Shown: in pieces, positions 33,351-33,635 of the stretch | Position numbering within the stretch: position 1 is the first letter of the stretch | Layout of the letters: each line of letters starts with the position of its first letter | Assembly: GCF_004010195.1 (NCBI RefSeq) | Contig: NC_057728.1 | Span: 53,114,904 to 53,148,538 of the forward strand | From: Chiloscyllium plagiosum | Taxonomy: Eukaryota | DNA: 33,635 nt | Direction of reading: 5' to 3' | Notes under the pieces: model-generated | Told to the model about the DNA's origin: nothing | Databases searched by the model: none | The model's input: only the letters and a program-made list of their open reading frames with translations | Position numbers and translations under genes: made by a program

Positions 33351-33635
33351 GCAGACATGCTGTGTTGTTGATGAGGAGCTGACAGTCTAAGCTCACATTA
33401 TAATGATGCACATCTCAAATTACTGTAGAGATGTTTGATGTTTTTTACTAGTATAAATGTGGGAAGGAAGAAAGAGATGGGGGCATGGGGAGGGGGCAGA
33501 CATGCTGTGTTGTTGATGAGGAGCTGACAGTCTAAGCTCACATTATAATGATGCACATCTCAAATTACTGTAGAGATGTTTGATGTTTTTTACTAGTATA
33601 AATGTGGGAAGGAAGAAAGAGATGGGGGCATGGGG
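33351..33635. repeat. Perfect 145-bp tandem duplication running off the window end
   Basis: GCAGACATGCTGTG... starts at 33351 and again at 33496; the copies are identical over the 140 nt visible. Confidence 0.95.

Overview
Eukaryotic, repeat-dense, apparently non-coding DNA (intergenic or deep intronic), most likely from a shark. The repeat set is elasmobranch-type: HE1/V-SINE-like, Deu-domain SINE, CR1, L2, RTE, Rex1, Tx1, Gypsy and Penelope-like elements (PLE). I find no intact host protein-coding gene, rRNA, tRNA gene or CRISPR array; the informative ORFs are decayed retroelement fragments. The most structured signal is about 11 short PLE terminal insertions from at least three subfamilies. 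Each carries a minimal hammerhead-ribozyme motif (CUGANGA-stem II-GAAA-palindromic ACGU/AGCU), intact or decayed. Five are 210-270 bp head-to-head palindromes with 12-15 bp target-site duplications (TSDs), and four of these have a 34-39 nt unpaired 3' tail. Also present: a 71-bp hairpin flanked by a 4-bp direct repeat, a probable ~1 kb solo LTR, nested insertions, an old ~220 bp local duplication, a 157-N gap and a perfect 145-bp tandem duplication at the window end. Family names come from my own motif recognition, not database searches. Boundaries of old repeats are approximate.
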